Both the position numbers and the translations under genes were made by a program. Under the pieces are notes generated by a model that was not told where the DNA came from, did not search any database, and was given only the letters and a program-made list of their open reading frames with translations. 64,000 bases of DNA, from assembly GCA_028719205.1 (NCBI GenBank), contig JAQUKH010000010.1, positions 1 to 64,000 on the forward strand, read 5' to 3'. Source of the stretch: a bacterium (lineage in GTDB: Bacteria > JACRDZ01 > JAQUKH01). This document shows positions 53,146 through 62,976 of this stretch, piece after piece; position 1 is the first letter of the stretch; the number at the start of each line of letters is the position of its first letter.

Positions 53146-54744
53146 ATGATCAGCAACAAAGAATTACTAAAAAGCGAAAAAGGCCCTAAATACAACCCGT
53201 TTGGGAAAAATATCAGGACGGCTTTGGTATATCCTAATTTTTATTCGATCGGGATGTCCAACCTTGGGTTCCAGACCATATACCACCTTTTAAATTCCTA
53301 TACTAACACTTATTGCGAAAGAATATTTTTGTCTAATGAAGAAAAAATATATTCTTTTGAGAACAATCAATCTTTAAATAGTTTTAATTTTATATTTTTT
53401 TCGCTGTCTTTTGAAGGGGATTATCCTAATATTGTGAAGATATTGGATAAAGGGAATATTCCTGTTTTCGCGTGCGACCGGGATGAGACGCATCCGGTAA
53501 TAGCTGGCGGAGGTGTATGCGCTTTTTTGAATCCTGAGCCAGTCGCGGATTTTTTTGATTATTTTGTGATAGGCGAGGCGGAGGAAGTTTTAAGCAGGCT
53601 TATCGATATTTATGATAAAAATTATTCCGGCGGGTTTAAAACAAAGAAAGAACGTGAATCGTATTTAATTGAGATCTCAAAAATTGAAGGGGTTTATGTC
53701 CCGCAGTTTTATAACTTTGTTTATAACAATAAAAATGAGATAACATCGGTAGAAGTACAAAAAGGCGCGCCGTCCAAAATAAAAAGGCTTTATATCAAGG
53801 ACCTGGACAGCTTGCCGATCCTGCCGCAGATAACCAGCCCGCATCTGGAATTCGGTGATATGTTCCTTTTAGAGGTCGGGAGGGGATGTCCCTTTCAGTG
53901 TAATTTCTGCGGGGCGACTTCTGTTTATAAGCCGTACCGTTTTAGAAGTTTGGAGACAATAAAAAAGATCGTCAGAGGCCAGAAAGGGATAAAAACATTC
54001 GGTTTAATAAGCCCGGCTGTATCATGTTATCCAAAAATGGAGGAGCTCTTCGAGCTTTTCTATTCGGAAAAAGCCAAAACGTCCTTTTCTTCGTTGAGAA
54101 TAGATAAAATTGATGATAAATTGGCCCTTCTGCTGTCTGAAAATAATCAGAGCACTATAACCCTGGCCCCTGAATGCGGCTCACAGCGCATGAGAAATAT
54201 GGTTAATAAAAAAATAGAAGAAGAAGATATTCTTATGGCCATTGAAAACCTGGCTAAGCATAAAATAAAGAATATTAAACTGTATTTTATGATAGGGCTT
54301 CCTGAGGAAAAACCGGAGGATATTGAGGCCATTTATGCCTTGACACAAAAAATCAGGGATGTTACAATAACTGTTTATAAAAAGACGAAATATCTAACTA
54401 AAATAACGATCCATATTACTCCTTACGTTCCAAAGCCTCATACCCCGTGGCAGGATATAAGTATGAGCGATGAGGAGGATTTAAGATCAAAATTGCATTT
54501 TTTACATAAATCTGTTTCAGAACTTGGATCGATCAAACTGGAAGCGGAAGATGTGAAAAACGCGATTTTGCAGTCAGTATATTCCAGAGGGGACAGGAAA
54601 TTAGCCGAATTTATTATTGCGTTATCCCGTTCGGAAAATAAGAACTGGAAAATAGCAGGCAAAAAATCAGGTTTTGCCTGGCAAAGATATTTATCAACGG
54701 AGCACTATGGTAAAATTTTGCCATGGGAACTCATAAGTGAATAG
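53146..54744 (+). CDS. Radical SAM protein with N-terminal B12-binding-like domain
   Basis: YPNFYSIGMSNLG, NPEP.ADFFD...GEAE, RGCPFQCNFC, TLAPE.GS, LYFMIGLP, PKPHTP. Confidence 0.88.
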   Translation: MISNKELLKSEKGPKYNPFGKNIRTALVYPNFYSIGMSNLGFQTIYHLLNSYTNTYCERIFLSNEEKIYSFENNQSLNSFNFIFFSLSFEGDYPNIVKILDKGNIPVFACDRDETHPVIAGGGVCAFLNPEPVADFFDYFVIGEAEEVLSRLIDIYDKNYSGGFKTKKERESYLIEISKIEGVYVPQFYNFVYNNKNEITSVEVQKGAPSKIKRLYIKDLDSLPILPQITSPHLEFGDMFLLEVGRGCPFQCNFCGATSVYKPYRFRSLETIKKIVRGQKGIKTFGLISPAVSCYPKMEELFELFYSEKAKTSFSSLRIDKIDDKLALLLSENNQSTITLAPECGSQRMRNMVNKKIEEEDILMAIENLAKHKIKNIKLYFMIGLPEEKPEDIEAIYALTQKIRDVTITVYKKTKYLTKITIHITPYVPKPHTPWQDISMSDEEDLRSKLHFLHKSVSELGSIKLEAEDVKNAILQSVYSRGDRKLAEFIIALSRSENKNWKIAGKKSGFAWQRYLSTEHYGKILPWELISE

Positions 54745-54793
54745 TTGACAGTGAATAGCCGATATTAAAATTTAAAGGTTTAAATACTAAACT

Positions 54794-56182
54794 ATGGCTC
54801 AGATATTCAAAAGACGAATTGAGAATAGAAATCAGCATATGATCTTTTTTACCAGTATGGTTATCCTTTTCATTACTGGTTATTTTAAGAGCGTTCCTAA
54901 ATCATGGCTGCATTATCTTGGAAATACTACTTTGTTCTGGTCGCAGTTCAGCGCGATTTTGCACAGGTTAGCCGCGATAGCCTTCATAGTTTCCTCCCTT
55001 TACCATTTGAAGTTTTTGTTTATGAGTTCAGATGGGCGGTCTAATTTTAAAAATCTTATTTTTACCAAACAGGATATAGTTGATTTTTTTATACATGTTT
55101 TTTCCTCGCTTGGCCTTACTAAGAAAAAACTTATCAGAAAACGTTATTATTATAATGAAAAATGTGACTACTGGATCATGTTCCAGGGAACAATAATTTT
55201 TATTATTACCGGGACGATCCTCTGGCTGGAGGAATATTTCGGGAAATTTGCCATAGATATTTCTTATATACTTCATAATAAGGAGGCACTATGGGGAGTT
55301 TATGCTATTGTAGTCTGGCACTTTTTCAATCTTCATCCGGAATTTTATCTTTACGCGCGCGAGGACGCGCAGCCCTGCGGGCGTGATGAATGTGTATTTT
55401 GCGGCATTTGTGACTTATTGACCCAGGATAAAGACAGCCTTAATGTATTCCTCAGCGGCGATCAAAAGGTAGACGGCCTGACAAAAACATATACCCTTAA
55501 TTTATGTATCGGCGATATGCTGACAAGGGCTAATAAGCTTAGGGAAAAGGGTATTACGTCCTGCAAGGAGGGTGTAGCAGTTTTAGCCGCTGATACAACG
55601 GTTTGTCAGTATGGCTGTATCGGCCTCGGTGATTGTGTGTTAGCCTGCAGGACGCATGCCAGGTATTTTGACGACAAAGGAAGAGGGATGGTAGACAATT
55701 CAAAATGTACCGGGTGCGAAGAGTGCATAAAGATTTGCCCGCGGAATCTTATTATCATGTATCCTAAGGAAAAACGTGTTCATATTCCTTGTAATTCGCT
55801 GGATAAAGGCACAAAGGTCAGAGAAGTATGCGCTGTCGGGTGTTTAGGCTGCGGGATATGCGTCAAGTTCTGTCCTGTTCAGGCTATTACACTCTCAAAT
55901 AATCTGGCAAAAATTGATTATTCAAAATGTATTGAATGCGGTATTTGCGCGGTTAAATGCCCTCACAAAACTATTGTGGATACCACGGGCCCGAGGGCAA
56001 AAGTTAATATTCTGACAAAAGATTGTACGGGGTGTTCCGAGTGCGTGAAAGTTTGTCCTGTTAAGGCCATCCAGCCGGATACCGCGAACGCGGGTAAATT
56101 TATAGTGCTGGAAGATAAATGTATCGGATGCAAGGTTTGTATCGATAAATGTCCCACCAAATGTATTAAAATTAAATCATAG
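54794..56182 (+). CDS. Fusion of a di-heme cytochrome b (FdnI-like) domain and an RnfB-like polyferredoxin
   Basis: Four TM helices with His15/57/161/176 and RYYYNEKCDYW; then CQYGCIGLGDC and five CxxCxxCxxxCP motifs. Confidence 0.8.
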   Translation: MAQIFKRRIENRNQHMIFFTSMVILFITGYFKSVPKSWLHYLGNTTLFWSQFSAILHRLAAIAFIVSSLYHLKFLFMSSDGRSNFKNLIFTKQDIVDFFIHVFSSLGLTKKKLIRKRYYYNEKCDYWIMFQGTIIFIITGTILWLEEYFGKFAIDISYILHNKEALWGVYAIVVWHFFNLHPEFYLYAREDAQPCGRDECVFCGICDLLTQDKDSLNVFLSGDQKVDGLTKTYTLNLCIGDMLTRANKLREKGITSCKEGVAVLAADTTVCQYGCIGLGDCVLACRTHARYFDDKGRGMVDNSKCTGCEECIKICPRNLIIMYPKEKRVHIPCNSLDKGTKVREVCAVGCLGCGICVKFCPVQAITLSNNLAKIDYSKCIECGICAVKCPHKTIVDTTGPRAKVNILTKDCTGCSECVKVCPVKAIQPDTANAGKFIVLEDKCIGCKVCIDKCPTKCIKIKS

Positions 56183-56207
56183 AGATGCCCGATTCGGACG
56201 TTTCTAT
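56179..56207. repeat. REP-like imperfect palindrome
   Basis: ATAGAGATGCCCGA-T-TCGGACGTTTCTAT overlapping the stop codon. Confidence 0.55.
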
Positions 56208-56215
56208 AAATAAAA

Positions 56216-57778
56216 ATGTCCACTAAAAATCATCTTATCAAATCAACAACGATTATCAGCCTGAGCACGGTCTTGAGCCGGATTTTCGGGTTTATACGCG
56301 ATATGGTTATAGCTAAATTTCTCGGGACCGGGATGCTCGCGGATGTGTTCCTGGCAAGCTTCGGAATCCCCAACATGATGAGGCATTTAATGGGTGAGGG
56401 TGTTCTCAGCGCGGGATTAGTTCCGGTTTTTACTGAATCTATTGAAAAAAATACAAGAGAAGAAACTAACTTGTTAATGAGCAGTTTTTTATGGATAGTT
56501 TTGATATTTTCAATTTTGGTTACTGTAATATTTATTATTTTTACTCCCTTTCTGGTAAGAATGATCCTTCCTGGTTTTATTTCTTCTCCTGAAAAAATGG
56601 AATTAACTATTAAAATAACCCGATGGTTAATACCTTACCTGATATTTATCGGCGTTTCATCATGTATGATAGGAATGCTTCATTCGTACAAATATTTTTT
56701 TGTTCCCGCGATCTCCCCCGCCGTTTTTAATTTTGGGATTGTTATTTCATCCTTGTTTTTTGGGATTCTTTTCGATCAGCCGTTGAAAGGAATAGTAGCC
56801 GGTGTGCTTATAGGCGGTTTTATGCAGATCATGATCCAATGGCCGATGCTGGTTCATATTGGATTTAAAATGAAGTTTGTTTTCTGGCATCCCGCGATAA
56901 AGAGGATTTTAAAAATGATCGGGCCGGCTATTTTTGCCTTGGCGGTAACAGAGATAAATATTACGATCACAAGGATTTTTGCCTCATCAGGACAGTTGGC
57001 CGGGGAGGGGGCAATTTCCATTTTATATTACGCGAACAGGTTGATCCAGTTGCCGATGGGGATTTTTACGATAGCTATCTCGACAGCTATTTTACCTACA
57101 CTTTCCAGCCAGTTTATTGAAGGAGATATTGAGAAAGCAAAACTTACTATTTTATACGCGTTCCGGTTTTCTTTGTTTATAGTCATTCCTGCCACAGTGG
57201 GGCTTATTGTTTTGCGTGTCCCTATTATCCGTCTTTTGTTTGAAAGGGGCGCGTTCGGCCCGGGCGCGACCCATGATACCGCTATGGCGCTTTTATTCTA
57301 CAGCCTGGGTATATTAGGTTATGTCGGCGTAAAAATAATTATCCCGGTATTTTATTCATTAGAAGATACATTCACCCCCGCGAAAATCGCGTTACTTATA
57401 TTAGTTATCAGCGTCTTTCTGGATTTTATTTTGGTCCGGTTAATGAGATTTTCGGGCCTGGCGCTCAGCATTTCTGTTTCAAATTTTATCCAACTTGGTT
57501 TTTTGATTTTCTTTTTAAAAAATAAAATCGGCCCGCTGGGATTAAAAAAGATGGTTATGCCTTTTATAAAAGTTGTAATGATCTCTTTTTTTATGGGCGC
57601 GGCCTGTTATTTGTTAATTAATTTTATCGAGAAATTCATTGTTTTGAATTTAATAAATCAGATTTTTGAAGTAGGATTTTGTATTGCCGCGGGTATTATA
57701 ATATTTTTTGGTTTATGTTATATTTTTAAACTTAAAGAAATGGAGATCATTGGCGAAATAATTAGCAGAAAACGTTAA
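56216..57778 (+). CDS. murJ: Lipid II flippase MurJ
   Basis: SRIFGFIRD, IPNMMR.L.GEG, YYANRLIQLP.G, LFERGAF. Confidence 0.96.
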   Translation: MSTKNHLIKSTTIISLSTVLSRIFGFIRDMVIAKFLGTGMLADVFLASFGIPNMMRHLMGEGVLSAGLVPVFTESIEKNTREETNLLMSSFLWIVLIFSILVTVIFIIFTPFLVRMILPGFISSPEKMELTIKITRWLIPYLIFIGVSSCMIGMLHSYKYFFVPAISPAVFNFGIVISSLFFGILFDQPLKGIVAGVLIGGFMQIMIQWPMLVHIGFKMKFVFWHPAIKRILKMIGPAIFALAVTEINITITRIFASSGQLAGEGAISILYYANRLIQLPMGIFTIAISTAILPTLSSQFIEGDIEKAKLTILYAFRFSLFIVIPATVGLIVLRVPIIRLLFERGAFGPGATHDTAMALLFYSLGILGYVGVKIIIPVFYSLEDTFTPAKIALLILVISVFLDFILVRLMRFSGLALSISVSNFIQLGFLIFFLKNKIGPLGLKKMVMPFIKVVMISFFMGAACYLLINFIEKFIVLNLINQIFEVGFCIAAGIIIFFGLCYIFKLKEMEIIGEIISRKR

Positions 57779-57800
57779 AAAATGATATAATTTAAAAGTT

Positions 57801-58637
57801 ATGAAAACCAAAGAGATCATTATAAATAAAGTAAAAATCGGCGGGGTAAATCCATTGGTTCTTATCGCGGGGCCTTGTGTTATCGAGTCAGAAAAGATTT
57901 TGTTCCTTTGCGCGGAAAAACTCTTGAAAATGACCGCAAAAATGAAAATACCTTTTATCTTTAAAGCATCCTATGATAAGGCAAACCGGTCATCAGTTGA
58001 TTCATATCGCGGCCCTGGTTTTAAAAATGGTTTGAAGCTTCTTGGCAGATTAAAAAAAGAATTTAAGTTTCCTGTTACTTCTGATGTCCACTGCAAAGAA
58101 GAAATTCAAGAAGCGTCAGAGGTTTTGGATATGCTCCAGATCCCGGCTTTGCTTTCCCGCCAGACAGATTTTATTGTAAACGCGGCAAAAACAGGGAAAG
58201 TAATAAATATAAAAAAAGGACAGTTTTTATCTCCCTGGGAGATGAAAAATGTTGTTTCTAAAATTGAGAGCGCTGGGAATGTAAATATAATATTAACTGA
58301 AAGGGGAACATCTTTTGGTTACAATAATCTTGTAGTGGATATGCGTTCCTTGCCTTGTTTGAGGCAATTGGGATATCCGGTAGTTTTTGATGCCACGCAT
58401 AGTGTCCAGCTTCCGGGAGGGTTAGGAAAATCTTCCTCAGGGCAGAGGGAATTTGTGCCGTTTTTAGCTAAATCCGCGATCGGTTGCGGCTGTGACGGAA
58501 TTTTTATGGAAGTTCATGTGAATCCTGAAAAAGCTCTATGCGATGGGCCTAATATGCTCCCGATAAAGGATTTGCCGCCTTTGTTGGAAGAATTGATGGC
58601 GATTGATGAGTTAAAAAGAAAAAAATTTTCAAGGTAG
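57801..58637 (+). CDS. kdsA: KDO8P synthase
   Basis: IAGPCVIES, FKASYDKANRSS, KKGQFL, VFDATHSVQLPGG, ALCDG. Confidence 0.98.
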   Translation: MKTKEIIINKVKIGGVNPLVLIAGPCVIESEKILFLCAEKLLKMTAKMKIPFIFKASYDKANRSSVDSYRGPGFKNGLKLLGRLKKEFKFPVTSDVHCKEEIQEASEVLDMLQIPALLSRQTDFIVNAAKTGKVINIKKGQFLSPWEMKNVVSKIESAGNVNIILTERGTSFGYNNLVVDMRSLPCLRQLGYPVVFDATHSVQLPGGLGKSSSGQREFVPFLAKSAIGCGCDGIFMEVHVNPEKALCDGPNMLPIKDLPPLLEELMAIDELKRKKFSR

Positions 58638-58644
58638 AAAATCA

Positions 58645-59178
58645 GTGAAAAAATTATTAACTTTTATAATTGCCGGAATCAGCGTTATATTTTTATCATG
58701 CGGAAAAGATGAAAAAATTTCTTTCGTAGAAAATAAAGTAAAGGGGCCGCAGTTAGTAATTGACAAATTTTCGATCACTGCCACGAACATGGGTAAAACG
58801 GAATGGATATTTCACGCGCGGAAGGCTGTAGTTTTTGAAGATAAAAATTTAATTGATGCTGATGAAATAAATATTGATTTTTTTATTGATAAAAAAGGGG
58901 AGGAGATATCTTCTCATTTAGTTGCCATAAAGGGAAACGTTAATACCAAGACTAATGATATGGAAGCAGTGGGAGCAGTTGTTTTAACTTCCGGAAGCGG
59001 CAATACATTATTTACAGAAAAAGTAAAGTGGCTTTCCGCAGCTCAAAAGTTTTTTACTGAGGAAGCGGTTAAAGTAGAAAAAAAAGACAGCATAATAACA
59101 GGTATCGGCATGGAGGCGGATCCGAATTTAGAAAATGTCAGGATCTTTAAGGATGTTAAAGTAGAGGCTAAAGAATGA
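58645..59178 (+). CDS. lptC: LPS export protein LptC
   Basis: N-terminal anchor (LSC), TLFTEKVKW, ITGIGMEAD; synteny with lptA/lptB. Confidence 0.85.
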   Translation: MKKLLTFIIAGISVIFLSCGKDEKISFVENKVKGPQLVIDKFSITATNMGKTEWIFHARKAVVFEDKNLIDADEINIDFFIDKKGEEISSHLVAIKGNVNTKTNDMEAVGAVVLTSGSGNTLFTEKVKWLSAAQKFFTEEAVKVEKKDSIITGIGMEADPNLENVRIFKDVKVEAKE

Positions 59179-59945
59179 CCATAGAAAAAAAGTTTTACAG
59201 TATTTATTGGGTAATATTATTTCTATTATTTTCATTTTCTGTAAGAGCGGAAGTGGTTGTTGATGATAATAAAAAAAAGGATAAAATAAACATAAAATCG
59301 GACAAGGTTGAGTATAATTTCAAAGAGGGAGAAGAAATCGCTGTTTTTACTGGTTCAGTTGAAATGAAAAAAGGAGACCTGACTGTTTATTCAGACAAAA
59401 TGCAGATGTATTCACAGGGCAAAAAGGTTATCGGGGATGATAATGTTAAGATCATTGTTGATAATGAAAAGGAAAACAGGGTTATGACTAGCGGGTATTA
59501 TGAATATCACCGCGATGATGAATATGGTATACTTAAAATAAATCCCAAAATGGTCATAATTAATAAAAAACAAAGTTCCGAGAAAAATAATGAAAATAAA
59601 GACAAAAAAAACGTGAAAGATTTTAAAAATTTAACTGTTACAAGCGATGTTATGGAAATGTTCTCTAAAGAAGGTTATTCTAAAGCAATAGGGAAGGTTG
59701 TAATGGAAGAAGGAGACCGTAAGGCTTATTGTGATGAGGCTATATACTACGAGAAAGAAGATAAAGTTGTAATGACCGGTTCTCCCAGGATAGAGCAAAA
59801 AGATAATGTGTTCAATGGAGAAAAAATGATATTTTTCCTGAATGATAATAGATTAATTATTGAAGGAAAAGTCGAAGGGACAATTTTAGAAGAGGATAAA
59901 AAAAATAAAGAAGAAAAGAAAGCGGGCGATAAAATTGAGCAGTAA
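59175..59945 (+). CDS. lptA: LptA/OstA-family periplasmic protein
   Basis: Signal peptide; [30 protein letters not shown] repeated jellyroll motifs. Confidence 0.85.
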   Translation: MTIEKKFYSIYWVILFLLFSFSVRAEVVVDDNKKKDKINIKSDKVEYNFKEGEEIAVFTGSVEMKKGDLTVYSDKMQMYSQGKKVIGDDNVKIIVDNEKENRVMTSGYYEYHRDDEYGILKINPKMVIINKKQSSEKNNENKDKKNVKDFKNLTVTSDVMEMFSKEGYSKAIGKVVMEEGDRKAYCDEAIYYEKEDKVVMTGSPRIEQKDNVFNGEKMIFFLNDNRLIIEGKVEGTILEEDKKNKEEKKAGDKIEQ

Positions 59946-60660
59946 ACTTAAGACAAGTAATCTGGCAAAATCATACGGGAAAAGAAAAGTAGTTAAAAAT
60001 GTAAGTGTGGAAATAAACGAAGGTGAAATAGTCGGGCTTCTTGGCCCAAATGGGGCAGGCAAGACTACTACATTTTACATGACGCTCGGGTTAATAAAAC
60101 CGGAAGCGGGAAATATCTTTTTAAATGATGAAGATATAACCAACCTGCCCACATATAAAAGAGCAAGAAAAGGTATTAATTATTTGCCTCAAGAACCGTC
60201 CGTTTTCAGAAATTTAACAGTAGAAGACAATATCCGGGCTATTTTGGAATTTAATGAAACAAGTAAAACAAAAATTGAAAATCGGCTGGATAATTTATTG
60301 AAGGAATTCAGCCTGGATCATCTTAGAAGTAATTATGGGTATGCTCTTTCCGGCGGGGAAAGAAGGAGGGTTGAGATAGCAAGGTCATTAGCCTGTAATC
60401 CATCTTTTGTCCTGTTGGATGAGCCTTTTTCCGGGATCGATCCGATTGCCGTTCTGGATATTCAGAAATTGATATATAAATTAAAAGAAAAAGGGATCGG
60501 GGTCCTGATCACGGATCATAATGTCAGGGAAACATTAGCTATAACGGACCGGGCATATATTATTGCCGCGGGAGAGATCCTGGTGTCCGGAACCGCTCAG
60601 GAACTGCTTTGCAGCGAGCAGGCCAGGAAAATTTATTTGGGCGAGAGTTTTAAGATGTAG
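59935..60660 (+). CDS. lptB: LPS export ABC ATPase
   Basis: [49 protein letters not shown]. Confidence 0.98.
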   Translation: MSSKLKTSNLAKSYGKRKVVKNVSVEINEGEIVGLLGPNGAGKTTTFYMTLGLIKPEAGNIFLNDEDITNLPTYKRARKGINYLPQEPSVFRNLTVEDNIRAILEFNETSKTKIENRLDNLLKEFSLDHLRSNYGYALSGGERRRVEIARSLACNPSFVLLDEPFSGIDPIAVLDIQKLIYKLKEKGIGVLITDHNVRETLAITDRAYIIAAGEILVSGTAQELLCSEQARKIYLGESFKM

Positions 60661-60667
60661 GGAAAAT

Positions 60668-62065
60668 ATGAAAACAGGGCTTTACCAGACTATATCGCCA
60701 AAATTAGTATTAACGCCGAGATTGCAGCAGGCAATAAGTTTGCTGCAAATGTCGAATCTGGAATTGCTTTTTCATATCAGGCAGGAAATGATCCTCAATC
60801 CCTTTTTGGAAGAAGCAGCTGTTGAAGAAAATACTGAAGAAGAAAAAAAGACACAGAATGATGAAACTCTCATGGAAAATGAGAAAGAAGAAAGCGATGA
60901 AAATTTAAAGATAGAAGATTGGCAGGAATTAATTGAAAACAATGGTGTATCATATGAAGCAAAAGATAAGATAGATTTTTTCGAAAAACCAATTGAAAAT
61001 AAAACCAGTTTAATTCAGCATCTGATGTGGCAGCTGCAAATGAGCAGGTTAACACCGGATGAGCGTTTACTGGGTGAGATAATAATCAGTGAAATTGATG
61101 AAAAAGGATATTTAAGGATTTCTCTTGAAGAATTAGCGAAAGCAGCCGATGTTCCTATTAAAGATATGGAGAGAGTTTTAAAGGTTATCCAGACATTTGA
61201 ACCGGCTGGTGTGGGCGCGAGAGACCTTAAGGAATGTTTATTACTGCAGTTAGGAGACAGGTCGGAAAATGAGAAAACAGCTAAGATATTATTAGAAGAT
61301 TATCTGGAGGAAATCGAAAATAAGAATTACGGTAAAATAGCGGAAGATATAAATAAAAGTCTGGAAGAAGTGGAGAGAGCCGCTGATCTGATATCAAGTT
61401 TGAATCCTTATCCGGGAAGTGTTCTGGAAGAGATAAATAATTTTTATATTGTGCCTGATGTTATTGTGGACAAGGTGGAAAATGAATATGTAGTTACTGT
61501 TAATGACGATCGTTTGCCGAATTTAGGTTTAAATAAATATTATTTGAAGTTGCTGAAAAATAAAGAGAAACCATCTGATGTTTCGGAATTTCTGTCTAAA
61601 AAATTCCAGTCAGCTAATTGGCTGCTCAGCTGCATAGAGCAAAGACGGATGACTTTACTTCAAATTACGAAAGCGGTAGTAAAAAAACAGTATGAATTTT
61701 TTGAGAAAGGCTTAGAATACCTTTGTCCATTAAATCTAAAACAGATAGCGGATATAGTTGATATGCACGAATCTACCGTAAGCCGGACGGTGAGCAATAA
61801 ATATGTCCAGACACCGAGGGGCATATTTGAATTAAAATTTTTCTTTTTGAAAGGTTTTAACACGATAGATAATGGATCGGTTCCGACTTTAATGGTTAAG
61901 GAATCAGTCAGGGACATAATAAAAAATGAAGTTACACCTTTAAGCGATGAAGAAATAGCAATTATATTAAAACAAAGGGGGATCAATATAGCCCGCAGGA
62001 CCGTGAGCAAATACAGGGATGAGTTGAAGATCCCTACTTTAAATAAAAGAAAAGTCACGAAGTGA
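60668..62065 (+). CDS. rpoN: RNA polymerase sigma-54 factor
   Basis: Start ATG 60668; LTPRLQQAISLLQ, EPAGVGARDL.ECL, HESTVSR, RpoN box ARRTVSKYR. Confidence 0.97.
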   Translation: MKTGLYQTISPKLVLTPRLQQAISLLQMSNLELLFHIRQEMILNPFLEEAAVEENTEEEKKTQNDETLMENEKEESDENLKIEDWQELIENNGVSYEAKDKIDFFEKPIENKTSLIQHLMWQLQMSRLTPDERLLGEIIISEIDEKGYLRISLEELAKAADVPIKDMERVLKVIQTFEPAGVGARDLKECLLLQLGDRSENEKTAKILLEDYLEEIENKNYGKIAEDINKSLEEVERAADLISSLNPYPGSVLEEINNFYIVPDVIVDKVENEYVVTVNDDRLPNLGLNKYYLKLLKNKEKPSDVSEFLSKKFQSANWLLSCIEQRRMTLLQITKAVVKKQYEFFEKGLEYLCPLNLKQIADIVDMHESTVSRTVSNKYVQTPRGIFELKFFFLKGFNTIDNGSVPTLMVKESVRDIIKNEVTPLSDEEIAIILKQRGINIARRTVSKYRDELKIPTLNKRKVTK

Positions 62066-62089
62066 CCACTTCGTGGAAAGGAGACATTA

Positions 62090-62413
62090 ATGGAAATAAG
62101 AATTACAGGCAGGCACGTTCAGGTGACAAACGCGATGAAAGATTATGTCGAAAAAAAACTATCTCATTTAGAGACGTATTTTAATCATATTATTGAAGCT
62201 CATGTGATTATGGATATCGAAAAAAAGAACAGGCATAAAATAGAAGTTGTTTTGCATACAAATGTCGGGAAACTTTTCGGCGAGGAAGAAACAGAAGATA
62301 TGTACGCGTCTATCGACCTTGTGCTTGAAAAGCTGGAAGTGCAGTTGAAACGTCAAAAAGAAAAGGTACAGGAACATAAAATAAAGAAAGATATGAAACA
62401 AGCAGAAATGTAA
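62090..62413 (+). CDS. hpf: Ribosome hibernation factor (short HPF/RaiA)
   Basis: ITGRHVQVTNAMKDYVEKKL, DMYASID. Confidence 0.93.
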   Translation: MEIRITGRHVQVTNAMKDYVEKKLSHLETYFNHIIEAHVIMDIEKKNRHKIEVVLHTNVGKLFGEEETEDMYASIDLVLEKLEVQLKRQKEKVQEHKIKKDMKQAEM

Positions 62414-62436
62414 AAACAAAAATATTAACATTTGGT

Positions 62437-62916
62437 ATGGAGGGTTTTAAGATGAAACTGATGGATTTTCTTGATAAAAGAGCAATTATTCCTGTTTTAG
62501 AGAAAAAAAACAAAGAAGAAGTTATTGAAGAGATGGTTGGGAAGTTAGTAGCTTTAGGTGAGATCAAAAACAGCGAAGAAACAGTTAAAATTTTATTGGA
62601 AAGGGAAAAACTGGGAAGTACCGGGATTGGTGAGGGAGTAGCTATTCCTCACGGCAAATCAAAAGATGTTAAGAAGATCACGGCTGTTTTCGCGAAATCC
62701 AAAGATGGAGTTGACTTCGAAGCGCTGGATGGTGAACCGGTGTATTTATTTTTTCTACTGGTTGCCCCTGAGAGTTCCACCAGTGAACATATTAAAGCAT
62801 TGGCAAGGATTTCCAGATTGCTGAAGGATTCTAATTTCAGAAAAAAATTAAAGATGAAGCAAACAGTTGAAGAAATTTTATTCGCGATCTCAGAAGAGGA
62901 TACAAGGCAGCCGTAA
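62437..62916 (+). CDS. ptsN: PTS IIA (nitrogen regulatory type)
   Basis: EREKLGSTGIGEGVAIPHG, DFEALDGEPV, HIKALARIS; alternative start 62452. Confidence 0.92.
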   Translation: MEGFKMKLMDFLDKRAIIPVLEKKNKEEVIEEMVGKLVALGEIKNSEETVKILLEREKLGSTGIGEGVAIPHGKSKDVKKITAVFAKSKDGVDFEALDGEPVYLFFLLVAPESSTSEHIKALARISRLLKDSNFRKKLKMKQTVEEILFAISEEDTRQP

Positions 62917-62976
62917 GCAAGTTATTCAGCCAAAGACGTTTGTCATAAGTAAAAAATCAAATAACAGAAAAGGGAT

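Noticed and set aside
15049-60667. Long N-terminal extensions in the ORF track (15049, 15378, 38642, 44979, 47379, 60563)
   Set aside because: They overlap upstream genes or repeat elements; downstream ATGs fit RBS position or family N-termini better
62040-62089. Sigma-54 promoter or fourth GTCAC element before hpf
   Set aside because: No GG-N10-GC motif; only a short perfect hairpin CACGAAGTG-ac-CACTTCGTG across the rpoN stop, without the multi-unit arms
2717-62567. Many 60-190-aa ORFs antisense to or nested in housekeeping genes (e.g. 7496..7954, 12136..12621, 52362..52946, 61660..62058)
   Set aside because: They overlap well-supported genes and show no recognisable motifs
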